From Dehalococcoidia bacterium (GTDB lineage: Bacteria > Chloroflexota > Dehalococcoidia > Lucifugimonadales > UBA1123): a DNA stretch of 64,000 bases. Both the position numbers and the translations under genes were made by a program. The notes under the pieces were generated by a model. It saw nothing but the letters and a program-made list of their open reading frames with translations, ran no database searches and was not told the origin of the DNA. Shown one piece after another: positions 18,133-28,043 of the stretch. Where the stretch lies: NCBI GenBank assembly GCA_963664365.1, contig OY761144.1, positions 3,328,535 through 3,392,534 of the forward strand. The letters run 5' to 3'. Each line of letters opens with the position of its first letter. The first letter of the stretch is position 1.

Positions 18133-19356
18133 CTATATCGCGCCCTCGGCCATTAGCTGCCCAATCTCCTCTGCATCGAGGCCCAGGATTTCGTTGCAGA
18201 CGAAATACGAGTGCTCGCCCAGCAACGGCGCCGCGCGCTTCATCTCCCAAGGCGACCGCGACAGGTGTATCGGCTCTCCCTCGAGCGGCTTCGACCCCAG
18301 TTCCGCGTGCTCGACCTCTTGCAGATAGCCGCGATGCCTAAGCTGCGGGTCGTCATCCACCTTCTCCTTCGGACTCTGGATCGCTCCGGCGATTACGCCC
18401 GCCGACTGGAGCTTATGCATCACCTCGTGCGGCGTATAGTTGACAGTCCAGGTCTCGATCAGCGCGTCCAGTTCATCCTGATTGGAAACCCGCCCCTCGT
18501 TGGTGGAGAATCGCGCGTCGCCCGTCCATTCGGGCGACCCTATGGCTTCCACGAACGCCGACCACTGCGTCTCGTCGAACACGGATATGGCGCACCACCT
18601 GTCATCGCCCTTGCATCGGTACGCGCCGTGCGGAGCCACGCCATACTCCGGCGCGCGGTTTCCGGGCGGGTTGCCCCCTCTGCGATACGTGCGGCCGTTC
18701 ACCGTCCTGTCCAGAATCGCCGTGCCCGAAAGCGTGATCCCCGACTCGACCTGTGACAGATCGACCCACTGGCCCTCGCCCGTCCGATTTCGGTGGTGCA
18801 GCGCGGTAACGCACGCAATCGCGCCGTGGTAGCCCGCGATGTGGTCCATGTACGAGAATCCCCATGCCGCGGGCGCCTCTCCCGGCAGTCCCGACATGTG
18901 CGACAGGCCGGAGATAGCCTGAGCCGTCGGCCCCCACGTCACGTTCTTCTTGTCCCGCCCCGAGTGCCCGAAACCGGACATGCTGACGTAGATGATGTCC
19001 GGCCGGATGGCGCGCTGAGCTTCATAGTCGAGTCCCCACCGCTCCAGGACGGTCGCGCTGAAGTTCTCTATCACTATGTCCGAGATCGAGATCAGCTCGT
19101 GCGCTATCTCCATCCCGCGCGGGTGCATCACGTTGAGCGTCACGCCGAGCTTGTTGCGATTCAGGTTGTTGAAGAAGCCGCTGCTGTTCGGGCTGTCGCC
19201 GGACGCGCCCGCGCCGCGAATGACGTCAAGCGTCTGGTCGTACTCGACGCGAATGACCTCCGCGCCGAAGTCGGCCAGAATCCGCGTACACGTCGGACCG
19301 GCCACGATCCACGAAAAATCTACGACCCGGACTCCTTCTAAGGCGTGTCTTCGCAT
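18133..19356 (-). CDS. CoA-transferase family III (CaiB/BaiF)
   Basis: LEGVRVVDFS, AGP, NRNK, YMDH catalytic Asp region, APLLGEH. Confidence 0.92.
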   Translation of the reverse strand: MRRHALEGVRVVDFSWIVAGPTCTRILADFGAEVIRVEYDQTLDVIRGAGASGDSPNSSGFFNNLNRNKLGVTLNVMHPRGMEIAHELISISDIVIENFSATVLERWGLDYEAQRAIRPDIIYVSMSGFGHSGRDKKNVTWGPTAQAISGLSHMSGLPGEAPAAWGFSYMDHIAGYHGAIACVTALHHRNRTGEGQWVDLSQVESGITLSGTAILDRTVNGRTYRRGGNPPGNRAPEYGVAPHGAYRCKGDDRWCAISVFDETQWSAFVEAIGSPEWTGDARFSTNEGRVSNQDELDALIETWTVNYTPHEVMHKLQSAGVIAGAIQSPKEKVDDDPQLRHRGYLQEVEHAELGSKPLEGEPIHLSRSPWEMKRAAPLLGEHSYFVCNEILGLDAEEIGQLMAEGAI

Positions 19357-19472
19357 ACGATGATCTCCCCATGCCACTCGGAGGGCTAACGAATCGTATA
19401 GCCGAGACCCCGCATAGTCAACTTGCATACAGGCGCGGATTCAGCGTCTGTCTTATGCCCGCATCCCAAGAG

Positions 19473-19547
19473 TTGACGGGAAAGGATTCGAGGTGGTATA
19501 AACCCCTCAGCCTGTCACAGGGTCGGTCTCACGCCGTTGCGGACCGT
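19473..19547 (+). promoter_or_regulatory. SBP promoter + leader cassette, copy 3
   Basis: TTGACG-18-TATAAA, CCTGTCACAGG, GGTCTCACGCCGTTGCGGACC. Confidence 0.65.
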
Positions 19548-19593
19548 TTCAACGTCAGCGCGTCCCTTGTGGACGCCCGGAAGGAGACATGAC

Positions 19594-21819
19594 ATGCGTA
19601 CATCTATTGCACTGCGTTGGCTGGTGGTCGCCGTATCCGCGGCCATGCTGTTGGCATTTGCCGCGGCCTGTACCGAAACGGTGGAGGTGCCGGGCGAGAC
19701 CGTCGTCGTCGAAAAGGTGGTGACCGAGACCATTGAGGTCCCCGGCGAGACCGTCGTCAAAGAGGTGGTCAAAGAGGTGCAGGTGCCCGGCGAGACCGTC
19801 GTCGTCGAGAAAGTGGTCAGGGAGACCGTCGAGGTGCCCGGTGAGACCGTCGTGGTCGAGAAAGAGGTCGTCAGGACCGTCGAGGTGCCCGGCGAGACTG
19901 TAACCGTCGAGGTGGTCAAGGAGGTGATGGTACCCGGCGAGACCGTCGTCGTGGAGAAGGAGGTCGTCAGGACCGTCGAGGTGCCCGGCGAGACCGTTGT
20001 GGTGGAGAAGCAGGTGCCTGTGGAGGTGGTCAAAGAGGTCCCGATACAGGTCGTCAAGACCGTCGAGATTCCCGGGCCTGTACGGGAAGTGGTGAAAGAG
20101 GTGCCGGGGAAGAAGTACGTGACCGACCCCGTCCATGGAAGGGTGTACACCGCGCCGGAGTACGGCGGCACGATTACCTTCGCCAGACAGAACGACAATA
20201 GCCAACGCGGCATCGACCACTATGGCAGGGGCGACACGGGTATGACCTCTCCCGTCAATGAGAAGGTGTCGAAGGCGAACTGGGTGCTGGACAGGAGTCT
20301 GTTCCCCTGGGCCGGAGGCGGCTTGACGCCGACATTTGCCCTGACAGGCGGCCTGGCCGAGAGCTGGGAGTGGACCGACGACCGGACCCTCGTGTTCAAT
20401 ATCCGCCCGGGCGTTAAGTGGCACAACAGGGCGCCGATGAACGGTCGCGCTCTGACCGCCGCCGACGTCGCGTTCACCTATCAACGCCTTATCGGAAACA
20501 TTGTGGCAGGGAACGAGTTCAGCGAGGCCGATCCTTCCCCCATAGTGGGATCCCTCGGAGCCTTTCCATGGGAGTCTATCGAGGCCACCGACGACAGCAC
20601 GCTCGTGATGAAGTTTAGTTCGCCGGCGCCCTTCGTCACCCTGGAGAACATCCTGGACTACCACTTCGTGGGCGTTCAGGCGCCTGAAATAATCCGGGAA
20701 AAGGGCGGCATCAAGGACTGGAGGGAAGACCTGATTGGCACCGGTCCATTCACAATGACCGAATGGACCTTTGGCGAAAACTTCGCATATGAGAAGAACC
20801 CAGACTACTGGGCCATGGACCCTAAGTACCCAGAAAACCCCCTTCCGTATATCGACACCCTGAGGGGTCTTGTCATCACCGATGGCGCCACGCGCCAAGC
20901 CGGCCTGCGCACAGCGAAGATCGACTACGTAGGTCAACCCGGCACCACACAGATGCAGAATATCGACCAGGTGCTGAACCTCGCGAGGACCAACCCCGAA
21001 CTGGTGCTGTACGAGTGGTCGAACCGGTCCAACAATAGCTTTGTCCTGAACGGGACCAGGCCTCCCTTCGACGACATCAGGGTGCGCCGCGCCATGCAGA
21101 TGGCGTTGAACCTCCCCGAGATGACCGCGGCCTATTTCTCGGGCTATGCGGACACGGAACCTCGGGGGCAGCTTGACAAGCAGTGGGCGAAGTCGGGTTA
21201 TGTTGTCCCATACGAGGAGTGGCCCGAAGAGATCAAGGGATACTACACCTACAACAAGGAGGGCGCCGAAGCGCTGTTAGATGAAGCCGGCCTTGAACGA
21301 GGAGACGACGGCTACAGATTCGAGGTAGAGTTCTCGCACTTCGATCGCTGGCCTGTGGCCTGGTCGGAGTTCGCGGTCTCTTACTGGGATAAGATCGGCG
21401 TAAAGATCAATCTCATTACACCGGCCGCGGCCGAACACAACGCCAAACTCCGGGCTCATGACTTTGGCATCGTTCCCACCGCTACCAGCAACAGGGGTAA
21501 CCCAATCTCCACCAGTCGACGGTTCTACTCGACGTTCAGAGGTAATATCTCCCATTCACACCCCGATTACGATGCCTGGTGGGAGAGGGTCCAGGTCTCC
21601 ACCGACCACGATGAGATAAAGGACCTGCTCAAGAAGATGGACTGGATGGTAATAGAGCAGGCCTGGATAGTCTGGGGATCGCTCTCTCCGCTCTTTAACG
21701 CGGCGCAGCCGTGGATCATGGGCTATGCCGGTGAAGGTATGATGGGAGCCGGCATGCCGCATTCGATCTTCCAGTGGCTCTGGGTTGACAGCGAGCTGAA
21801 GACAGGAATGGGTCACTAG
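19594..21819 (+). CDS. Family 5 ABC substrate-binding lipoprotein with repeat stalk (tandem paralog 1)
   Basis: AAAC lipobox, PEYGGT, GTGPF, PPFDDIRVRRAMQMA. Confidence 0.92.
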   Translation: MRTSIALRWLVVAVSAAMLLAFAAACTETVEVPGETVVVEKVVTETIEVPGETVVKEVVKEVQVPGETVVVEKVVRETVEVPGETVVVEKEVVRTVEVPGETVTVEVVKEVMVPGETVVVEKEVVRTVEVPGETVVVEKQVPVEVVKEVPIQVVKTVEIPGPVREVVKEVPGKKYVTDPVHGRVYTAPEYGGTITFARQNDNSQRGIDHYGRGDTGMTSPVNEKVSKANWVLDRSLFPWAGGGLTPTFALTGGLAESWEWTDDRTLVFNIRPGVKWHNRAPMNGRALTAADVAFTYQRLIGNIVAGNEFSEADPSPIVGSLGAFPWESIEATDDSTLVMKFSSPAPFVTLENILDYHFVGVQAPEIIREKGGIKDWREDLIGTGPFTMTEWTFGENFAYEKNPDYWAMDPKYPENPLPYIDTLRGLVITDGATRQAGLRTAKIDYVGQPGTTQMQNIDQVLNLARTNPELVLYEWSNRSNNSFVLNGTRPPFDDIRVRRAMQMALNLPEMTAAYFSGYADTEPRGQLDKQWAKSGYVVPYEEWPEEIKGYYTYNKEGAEALLDEAGLERGDDGYRFEVEFSHFDRWPVAWSEFAVSYWDKIGVKINLITPAAAEHNAKLRAHDFGIVPTATSNRGNPISTSRRFYSTFRGNISHSHPDYDAWWERVQVSTDHDEIKDLLKKMDWMVIEQAWIVWGSLSPLFNAAQPWIMGYAGEGMMGAGMPHSIFQWLWVDSELKTGMGH

Positions 21820-21857
21820 GGGATTTCGCCCCTCGGGGCTGACCTCGGGAAGAATAG

Positions 21858-21887
21858 GGAGCCGGGAGGCATGGGCCTCCTGGCTCT
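21858..21887 (+). terminator. Hairpin after SBP gene, without U tract
   Basis: GAGCCGGGAGGC-ATGG-GCCTCCTGGCTC; homologous hairpins at 24187-24224 and 26752-26786. Confidence 0.55.
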
Positions 21888-21929
21888 AATTGCTCACAGG
21901 GAAGTTAGTAGATATAAGGAGAAAACGAG

Positions 21930-24152
21930 ATGCAATCATTTACTTCACTGCGCTGGCTGGCGCTTGCCATTTCTGCGGCAATGCTGTTGGCGTTCGCCGC
22001 GGCCTGCACCGAAACGGTTGAGGTGCCCGGCGAGACCGTGGTGGTCGAGAAGGTGGTGACCGAGACCATCGAGGTGCCCGGTGAGACCGTCGTCAAAGAG
22101 GTGGTCAAAGAGGTACAGGTGCCCGGTGAGACCGTCGTTGTCGAGAAGGTGGTAAGGGAGACCGTAGAGGTGCCCGGAGAGACCGTCGTCGTCGAGAAAG
22201 AGGTCGTCAAGACCGTCGAAGTCCCCGGCGAGACCGTCACCGTTGAGGTCGTCAAAGAGGTGATGGTCCCCGGCGAGACCGTCGTCGTCGAGAAAGAGGT
22301 CGTCAAGACCGTCGAGGTCCCCGGCGAGACCATCGTGGTCGAGAAGCAGGTGCCTGTGGAGGTGATCAAGGAGGTCCCGGTACACGTCACCAAGACCGTC
22401 GAAGTCCCCGGACCGGATCGGATCGTGACGAAGGAAGTGCCGGGCAAGAAGTACGTGACCGACCCCGTCACCGGCAGGGTGTTCACCGCCCCGGAGTATG
22501 GCGGCACCATAACCTTCGCCAAGCAGAACGACTACAACAATCGCGGCGTCGACCTCTACGCCAGAGGCAACAGGGGCATGACCTCTCCGGTAATCGAGAA
22601 GATGTCGAAGGGTAACTGGGCGCTCGATAGGAACCTGTATTCCTTCAACACGGGGTTCGTAACGCCCGTATTTGCGCTGACTAATGCCCTGGCGGAGAGC
22701 TGGGAGCTGACCGACGACAGGACGTTCGTGTTCAAGGTTAGGCAAGGCGCCAAGTGGCACAACAATGCGCCGATGAACGGCAGAGCCGTAACCGCCGCCG
22801 ACATCGCTTTCAATTATCACCGCTGGATTGGAAACAAGCTGGCCGGGACCGAGTTCAGCGATGCCGATCCTTCTCCTACAGTGGGATCCCTCGGAGCTTT
22901 TCCGTGGGACTCGATCGAGGCTACCGATGACAGTACGCTCTTGATGAAGATGACTGAGCCGGCGCCCTTCATCGCCTTGCAGTGGATCCTGGACACCAAT
23001 GGCTTTGGCATACAGGCGCCTGAGATAATCCGCGAAAAAGGCGGCATCAAGGACTGGCGAGACCTGATTGGCACCGGGCCTTTCGAGATGACACAGTGGA
23101 CCTTTGGCGAAAACTTCACCTACGAAAAGAACCCTGACTACTGGGACGTCGACCGCAAGTACCCCGAAAACGAAACTCCGTATATCGACACCCTGAGGGG
23201 TCTGGTTATCGTGGACGGCGCGACACGCTTGGCCGGAATTCGAACGGCCAAGCTCGATTACATGGGTCATCCGGGCTCCAGTCAGATACAGAATATCGAC
23301 CAAGCGTTGAGACTCGCGCGGACCAACCCCGAACTCGTGATGTGGGAATGGCAGGAGCGATCCAACAACAGTTTCAATCTAAACAAGTCCAGGCCGCCTT
23401 TTGACGACATCAGGGTGCGACGGGCCATGCAGATGGCGCTCGACCTCGATACGATGACCGCGGCCTACTTCTCGGGCTATGCGGACACGGAACCTCGGGG
23501 GCACCTCGACAAGCAGTGGGCGAATCTGGGTTATGTTGTCCCATACGACGAGTGGCCCGAAGAGATCAAGGGATACTACGCCTACAACAAGGAGGGCGCC
23601 GAAGCGCTCCTCGATGAAGCCGGCCTCGAACGAGGGGACGACGGCTATAGATTCGAGGTCGAGTTCTCGCACTTCGATCGCTGGCCCGTGGCATGGTCGG
23701 AGCTCGTAGTATCTTACTGGGATAAGATTGGCGTAAAGATCAATCTCATTACACCCGCCGCGGCCGAACACAACGCTAGGGCAAGGGCCGGCGACTTTGA
23801 CATCGTTCCGACGGCAACGAGCAACAGGGCCGACCCGGTTATGAACGTGTGGCGGTTCGTTGGCGGTTCCCCCTGGAATCCCACGATTAGCCACCCGGAC
23901 TACGACGCCTGGTGGGAGGCGGCCCAAGTGGCTACCACCGAGGATGAGATAAAAGAACTGGTCAAGCAGATGGACTGGATGATAATTGAGCAGTCCTGGA
24001 TAGTCTGGGGCTCGCTTTCCCCAGTCTTCAACGTGTCTCAGCCGTGGATCATGGGGTACAATGGCGAAGGCGTATTTGGCGGATCCATGAATCACGCCGT
24101 CTTCGAGTACCTCTGGGTTGACAGCGAACTGAAGGAGGGAATGGGGCACTAG
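21930..24152 (+). CDS. Family 5 ABC substrate-binding lipoprotein with repeat stalk (tandem paralog 2)
   Basis: Highly similar to neighbours; AAGGAG RBS. Confidence 0.92.
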   Translation: MQSFTSLRWLALAISAAMLLAFAAACTETVEVPGETVVVEKVVTETIEVPGETVVKEVVKEVQVPGETVVVEKVVRETVEVPGETVVVEKEVVKTVEVPGETVTVEVVKEVMVPGETVVVEKEVVKTVEVPGETIVVEKQVPVEVIKEVPVHVTKTVEVPGPDRIVTKEVPGKKYVTDPVTGRVFTAPEYGGTITFAKQNDYNNRGVDLYARGNRGMTSPVIEKMSKGNWALDRNLYSFNTGFVTPVFALTNALAESWELTDDRTFVFKVRQGAKWHNNAPMNGRAVTAADIAFNYHRWIGNKLAGTEFSDADPSPTVGSLGAFPWDSIEATDDSTLLMKMTEPAPFIALQWILDTNGFGIQAPEIIREKGGIKDWRDLIGTGPFEMTQWTFGENFTYEKNPDYWDVDRKYPENETPYIDTLRGLVIVDGATRLAGIRTAKLDYMGHPGSSQIQNIDQALRLARTNPELVMWEWQERSNNSFNLNKSRPPFDDIRVRRAMQMALDLDTMTAAYFSGYADTEPRGHLDKQWANLGYVVPYDEWPEEIKGYYAYNKEGAEALLDEAGLERGDDGYRFEVEFSHFDRWPVAWSELVVSYWDKIGVKINLITPAAAEHNARARAGDFDIVPTATSNRADPVMNVWRFVGGSPWNPTISHPDYDAWWEAAQVATTEDEIKELVKQMDWMIIEQSWIVWGSLSPVFNVSQPWIMGYNGEGVFGGSMNHAVFEYLWVDSELKEGMGH

Positions 24153-24186
24153 GGGTTTCGGCCCCTAGTGGTTGACCTCCGAGGAA

Positions 24187-24224
24187 AAGGGGAGCCGGGA
24201 TGTCCATGCCTCCCGGCCCCCTTT
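24187..24224 (+). terminator. Terminator-like hairpin
   Basis: AAGGGGAGCCGGGA...TCCCGGCCCCCTTT. Confidence 0.6.
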
Positions 24225-24236
24225 ACTGTCTGCTTC

Positions 24237-24348
24237 GAACCTGTCCCGGATTAGTAGGCGCAGCACACGTGAGCGCGAAAATCCCCTCTCCCTTGGGAGA
24301 GGGTTAGGGTGAGGGTGATACGCCCGCCTACTAACTTGGGACAGTTTC
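24237..24348. mobile_element. MITE family A, short variant
   Basis: TIR GAACCTGTCCC...GGGACAGTTTC; flanks GTCTGCTTC / GTCTGCCTT (degenerate 9-bp TSD). Confidence 0.75.
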
Positions 24349-24366
24349 GTCTGCCTTCCCCAACAC

Positions 24367-24440
24367 TTGACGGGAAAGGATTCGAGGTGGTATAAACCCC
24401 TCAGCCCATCATAGGGTCGGTCTCGCCCCGTCGCGGATCT
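24367..24440 (+). promoter_or_regulatory. SBP promoter + leader cassette, copy 4
   Basis: Core identical to 19473 (TTGACGGGAAAGGATTCGAGGTGGTATAAACCCCTCAGCC). Confidence 0.65.
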
Positions 24441-24493
24441 TCTGGGCCCCGTTTCGTCGAGACGGGGACATACCTTGAGCTAAGGAGAGAAAT

Positions 24494-26716
24494 ATGCGCA
24501 CATCTACCTCGCTGCGTTGGCTGGCGGTCGCCGTATCCGCGGCGATGCTGTTGGCGTTTGTCGCGGCCTGTACCGAGACCGTAGAGGTCCCCGGCGAGAC
24601 CGTAGTCGTCGAGAAGGTCGTAACCGAGACCATCGAGGTCCCCGGCGAGACCGTAGTCCAAGAGGTCGTCAAAGAAGTGCAGGTGCCCGGCGAGACCGTC
24701 GTCGTTGAGAAGGTGGTAAGGGAGACCGTCGAGGTTCCCGGCGAGACCGTGGTGGTGGAGAAAGAGGTTGTCAGGACCGTGGAGGTTCCAGGCGAGACCG
24801 TCACCGTCGAGGTCGTCAAAGAGGTGATGGTGCCCGGCGAGACCGTCATCGTTGAGAAAGAGGTCGTCAAGACCGTCGAAGTGCCCGGCGAGACCATCGT
24901 GGTTGAGAAACAGGTGCCTGTGGAGGTGATCAAGGAGATCCCGGTACAGGTCACCAGGACCGTCGAGATCCCCGGACCGGAAACGGTCAAGACCGTCGAG
25001 GTGCCCGGGAAGAAGTACACCACAGACCCGGTCACAGGCAGGGTGTTCTCGGCGCCGGAGTATGGCGGGACGATAACCTTTGCCAAGTCGAACGACTACA
25101 ACAATCGCGGCGTCGATCTCCCCAATTTGGGCAACAGGGGCATGACCTCTCCCATGATCGAGAAGTTGTCCGCCGCGAACTGGGCGCTGGACAGGAGTCT
25201 GTTCCCCTGGGCCGGAGGAGGCATGACGCCCGTATTTGCCCTGACGGGCGGCCTGGCCGAGAGTTGGGAGTGGACCGACGACCGGACCCTCGTGTTCAAG
25301 ATGCGCCCGGGCGTCAATTGGCACAACAGCGCGCCGATGAATGGGCGGGCCGTGACCGCCGCCGATGCCGCATTCTCTTATCATCGGATGCTTGGGAACA
25401 AGGTGGCAGGGACCGATTTCAGCGGTGACGATCCGGCGCCGGGGGCGCGCGACCTCGCGAATTTTCCGTGGGAGTCGATCGAGGCCACCGATGACAGCAC
25501 GCTCGTGATGAAGATGAGCCAGACAGCGCCTTTCATTGCGTTGCAGGTCATCTTGGACTACAACCAATTGGGCGTTCAGTCCCCAGAGATAATCCGGGAG
25601 AAAGGAAGCATCGAGGACTGGAGGGACCTGGTTGGCACCGGGCCTTTCATGATGACCGAGTGGACCTTCGGCGAAAACTTCACCTACGAAAAGAACCCCG
25701 ACTACTGGGGCGTCGACCACAAGTACCCCGAAAACCCGGTCCCGTACATCGACACCCTGAGGGGCCTCGTCATCGTGGAAGGGGCGTCACGCCTGGCGGG
25801 GCTGCGCACGGGCAAGATCGATTACATAGGCCAGCCGGGCGCCTCTCAAATGCAGAGTATCGACCAGGCATTGAGCCTCGCGCGGACCAACCCCGAGCTG
25901 TCGCAGTACGAATGGTCCAACCGCTCCAACAATAGCTTTAATCTAAACAAGTCCAGGCCGCCCTTCGACAACATCGACGTGCGCCGGGCGATGCAGATGG
26001 CGTTGGACCTACCCACGATGACCGCGGCCTACTTCTCGGGTTACGCCGACACGACGCCTCGGGGAAATCTGGACATTCAGTGGGCGAATTCGGGATACAC
26101 TACCCCATTCGACGAGTGGCCCGAAGAGCTCCAAGGATACTACACGTATAACCCGGAGGGCGCCGAAGCGCTACTCGATGCAGCCGGTTATGAACGAGGG
26201 GAAGACGGCTATCGATTCAAGGTTGAGTTCTCGCACTTCGCTCGCTGGCCAGTGGCTTGGTCGGAGTTCGCTGTCTCCTACTGGGATGCCATCGGGATCG
26301 ACATCGACATGATAACTCCGTCCCAGGCGGAGCATAACGCCGCTCGAAGGGCCGGAAACTTTGACATCGTTCCGTTGCCTTCGAGCAACAAGGGTAACCC
26401 AATCTCCAATATGATCCGGTTCTATTCGACGTCTCCATGGAACCCCACTATCGGCCACCCGGACTACGACGCCTGGTGGGAGAGGATCCAAGTGTCAACC
26501 GACCCCGATGAGATCAAAGACCTGATCAAGAAGTTGGACTGGATGGTGATTGAGCAGTCCTGGTTAGTCTGGGGCTCTATATCGCCGCTCTTCAACATCA
26601 CCCAGCCGTGGATACAGGGTTACGGTGGCGAAGGTATCATGGGCGCGGGCATGAACCACGCCGTCTTCCAGTACCTCTGGGTTGACAGCCAGTTGAAGGC
26701 GGGAATGGGTCACTAG
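24494..26716 (+). CDS. Family 5 ABC substrate-binding lipoprotein with repeat stalk (tandem paralog 3)
   Basis: VAAC lipobox, same motifs as paralogs. Confidence 0.92.
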   Translation: MRTSTSLRWLAVAVSAAMLLAFVAACTETVEVPGETVVVEKVVTETIEVPGETVVQEVVKEVQVPGETVVVEKVVRETVEVPGETVVVEKEVVRTVEVPGETVTVEVVKEVMVPGETVIVEKEVVKTVEVPGETIVVEKQVPVEVIKEIPVQVTRTVEIPGPETVKTVEVPGKKYTTDPVTGRVFSAPEYGGTITFAKSNDYNNRGVDLPNLGNRGMTSPMIEKLSAANWALDRSLFPWAGGGMTPVFALTGGLAESWEWTDDRTLVFKMRPGVNWHNSAPMNGRAVTAADAAFSYHRMLGNKVAGTDFSGDDPAPGARDLANFPWESIEATDDSTLVMKMSQTAPFIALQVILDYNQLGVQSPEIIREKGSIEDWRDLVGTGPFMMTEWTFGENFTYEKNPDYWGVDHKYPENPVPYIDTLRGLVIVEGASRLAGLRTGKIDYIGQPGASQMQSIDQALSLARTNPELSQYEWSNRSNNSFNLNKSRPPFDNIDVRRAMQMALDLPTMTAAYFSGYADTTPRGNLDIQWANSGYTTPFDEWPEELQGYYTYNPEGAEALLDAAGYERGEDGYRFKVEFSHFARWPVAWSEFAVSYWDAIGIDIDMITPSQAEHNAARRAGNFDIVPLPSSNKGNPISNMIRFYSTSPWNPTIGHPDYDAWWERIQVSTDPDEIKDLIKKLDWMVIEQSWLVWGSISPLFNITQPWIQGYGGEGIMGAGMNHAVFQYLWVDSQLKAGMGH

Positions 26717-26841
26717 GGGTCTCAACCCCCAGGCAGCCGAACTAAGTGAAAAGGGAGCCGAGAGACGTGAGCCTCCCGGCTCCCTTACTCATTGAATAGT
26801 CGCCCGTCAACACTGAAAACGACAGACCATGATCTGATCAA

Positions 26842-26903
26842 TCGACCATACACACTGTCAAACCGACCGTACACACTGTCATTCCGAGCGAAGCGAGGAA
26901 TCT
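26842..26903 (+). repeat. Short tandem repeat (CGACCRTACACACTGTCA) ending in REP-like GTCATTCCGAGCGAAGCGAGGAATCT
   Basis: Same architecture as 668-763. Confidence 0.7.
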
Positions 26904-27015
26904 AAATTCCCCATATACTCACCCAACTCCAAGGACACACCAACACATTCCCTACACCTTACTCCTTATCCCTAATGATGCCGGAAACAGCCAGCCCAAT
27001 GAGGACGTATAGCAC

Positions 27016-27969
27016 ATGAGAGCCTATATAATCAGGCGGCTGTTGCTCGTACTCCCCACGCTGTTCATTCTGACCGTTCTGGTCTTTCTCTCCGTCCGCT
27101 TCATCCCCGGCGACGCGATCGACGTGCTGGTGTTGGAGTTGGAATACCAAATCGACGTCGACCGTGAAGCTATGGAGAAGCTCCTGGGACTGGACGTGCC
27201 GGTCTGGGTCCAGTATGGACGCTGGATCAGAGGGATTCTTCTCGAAGGCACGCTTGGCACACCGCTCTTCGGCGCTCTAACCATAGAGGACCGGATATTC
27301 CAGAGATTGCCTGTAACGATGCAGCTCGGCGCGATGGCCATAATAATCGGCCTGATAATCTCGTTGCCCATTGGCATCTACTCCGCCATGCGCCAGGATA
27401 CCGCCACAGACTATGTGGCGCGCACCTTCGCCGTTATCGGCATGGCGACTCCCAACTTCTGGCTGGGGATCATGGTCATGATATTCCCCGCGATCTGGTG
27501 GGGATGGTCGCCTTCCATGGAGCTAATCCGATTCAACGAAGACCCGATCGCCAATCTCAAGATGTTCATAATTCCCGCCACCATTCTGGGGACGGCCGGC
27601 GCTTGCAGCACCATGCGAATGACGCGCACCATGATGCTCGAGGTTCTCAGGCAGGACTACATAAGGACGGCCTGGTCCAAGGGTCTGAGGGAGCGGGTGG
27701 TCGTTATGAGACACGCCGTCAAGAATGCTCTCATCCCGATAGCTACACTGGTGGGCATGGAACTGCCCATGCTGGTAAGCGGCTCGGTAATCATGGAGAA
27801 CATCTTCGTGATGCCGGGGTTGGGCGCACTTCTGCTGGATGCGCTCTCCAATAGGGACTACCCGATGGTCTCGGGAATAAACCTCTTCTTTGCCACGGTG
27901 GTTATATTCATCAATCTATTCGTCGACCTGCTTTATCCGTACCTGGACCCCAGGGTCCGATACAGCTAA
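27016..27969 (+). CDS. Peptide/nickel ABC permease (OppB/DppB-like)
   Basis: YIIRRLL, QDYIRTAWSKGL, LDPRVRY. Confidence 0.95.
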   Translation: MRAYIIRRLLLVLPTLFILTVLVFLSVRFIPGDAIDVLVLELEYQIDVDREAMEKLLGLDVPVWVQYGRWIRGILLEGTLGTPLFGALTIEDRIFQRLPVTMQLGAMAIIIGLIISLPIGIYSAMRQDTATDYVARTFAVIGMATPNFWLGIMVMIFPAIWWGWSPSMELIRFNEDPIANLKMFIIPATILGTAGACSTMRMTRTMMLEVLRQDYIRTAWSKGLRERVVVMRHAVKNALIPIATLVGMELPMLVSGSVIMENIFVMPGLGALLLDALSNRDYPMVSGINLFFATVVIFINLFVDLLYPYLDPRVRYS

Positions 27970-28043
27970 ACATGAAAGCCCCCTCTCCCTTGACGGGAGA
28001 GGGTTGGGGTGAGGGTGACAAGAACCCCCGGAGTGGTCGGAAT

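Noticed and set aside
19515-25720. Long antisense ORFs with TTTVSPGTST or LDGLDDL repeats
   Set aside because: Reverse readings of the SBP stalk codons, expected in GC-rich repetitive coding DNA
19594-26716. Diversity-generating retroelement acting on SBP paralogs
   Set aside because: No reverse transcriptase; differences are not adenine-specific
27972-28043. N-terminal extension MKAPSPLTGEGWGEG of the permease
   Set aside because: Encoded by an intergenic REP; ATG 28044 better matches the paralog length
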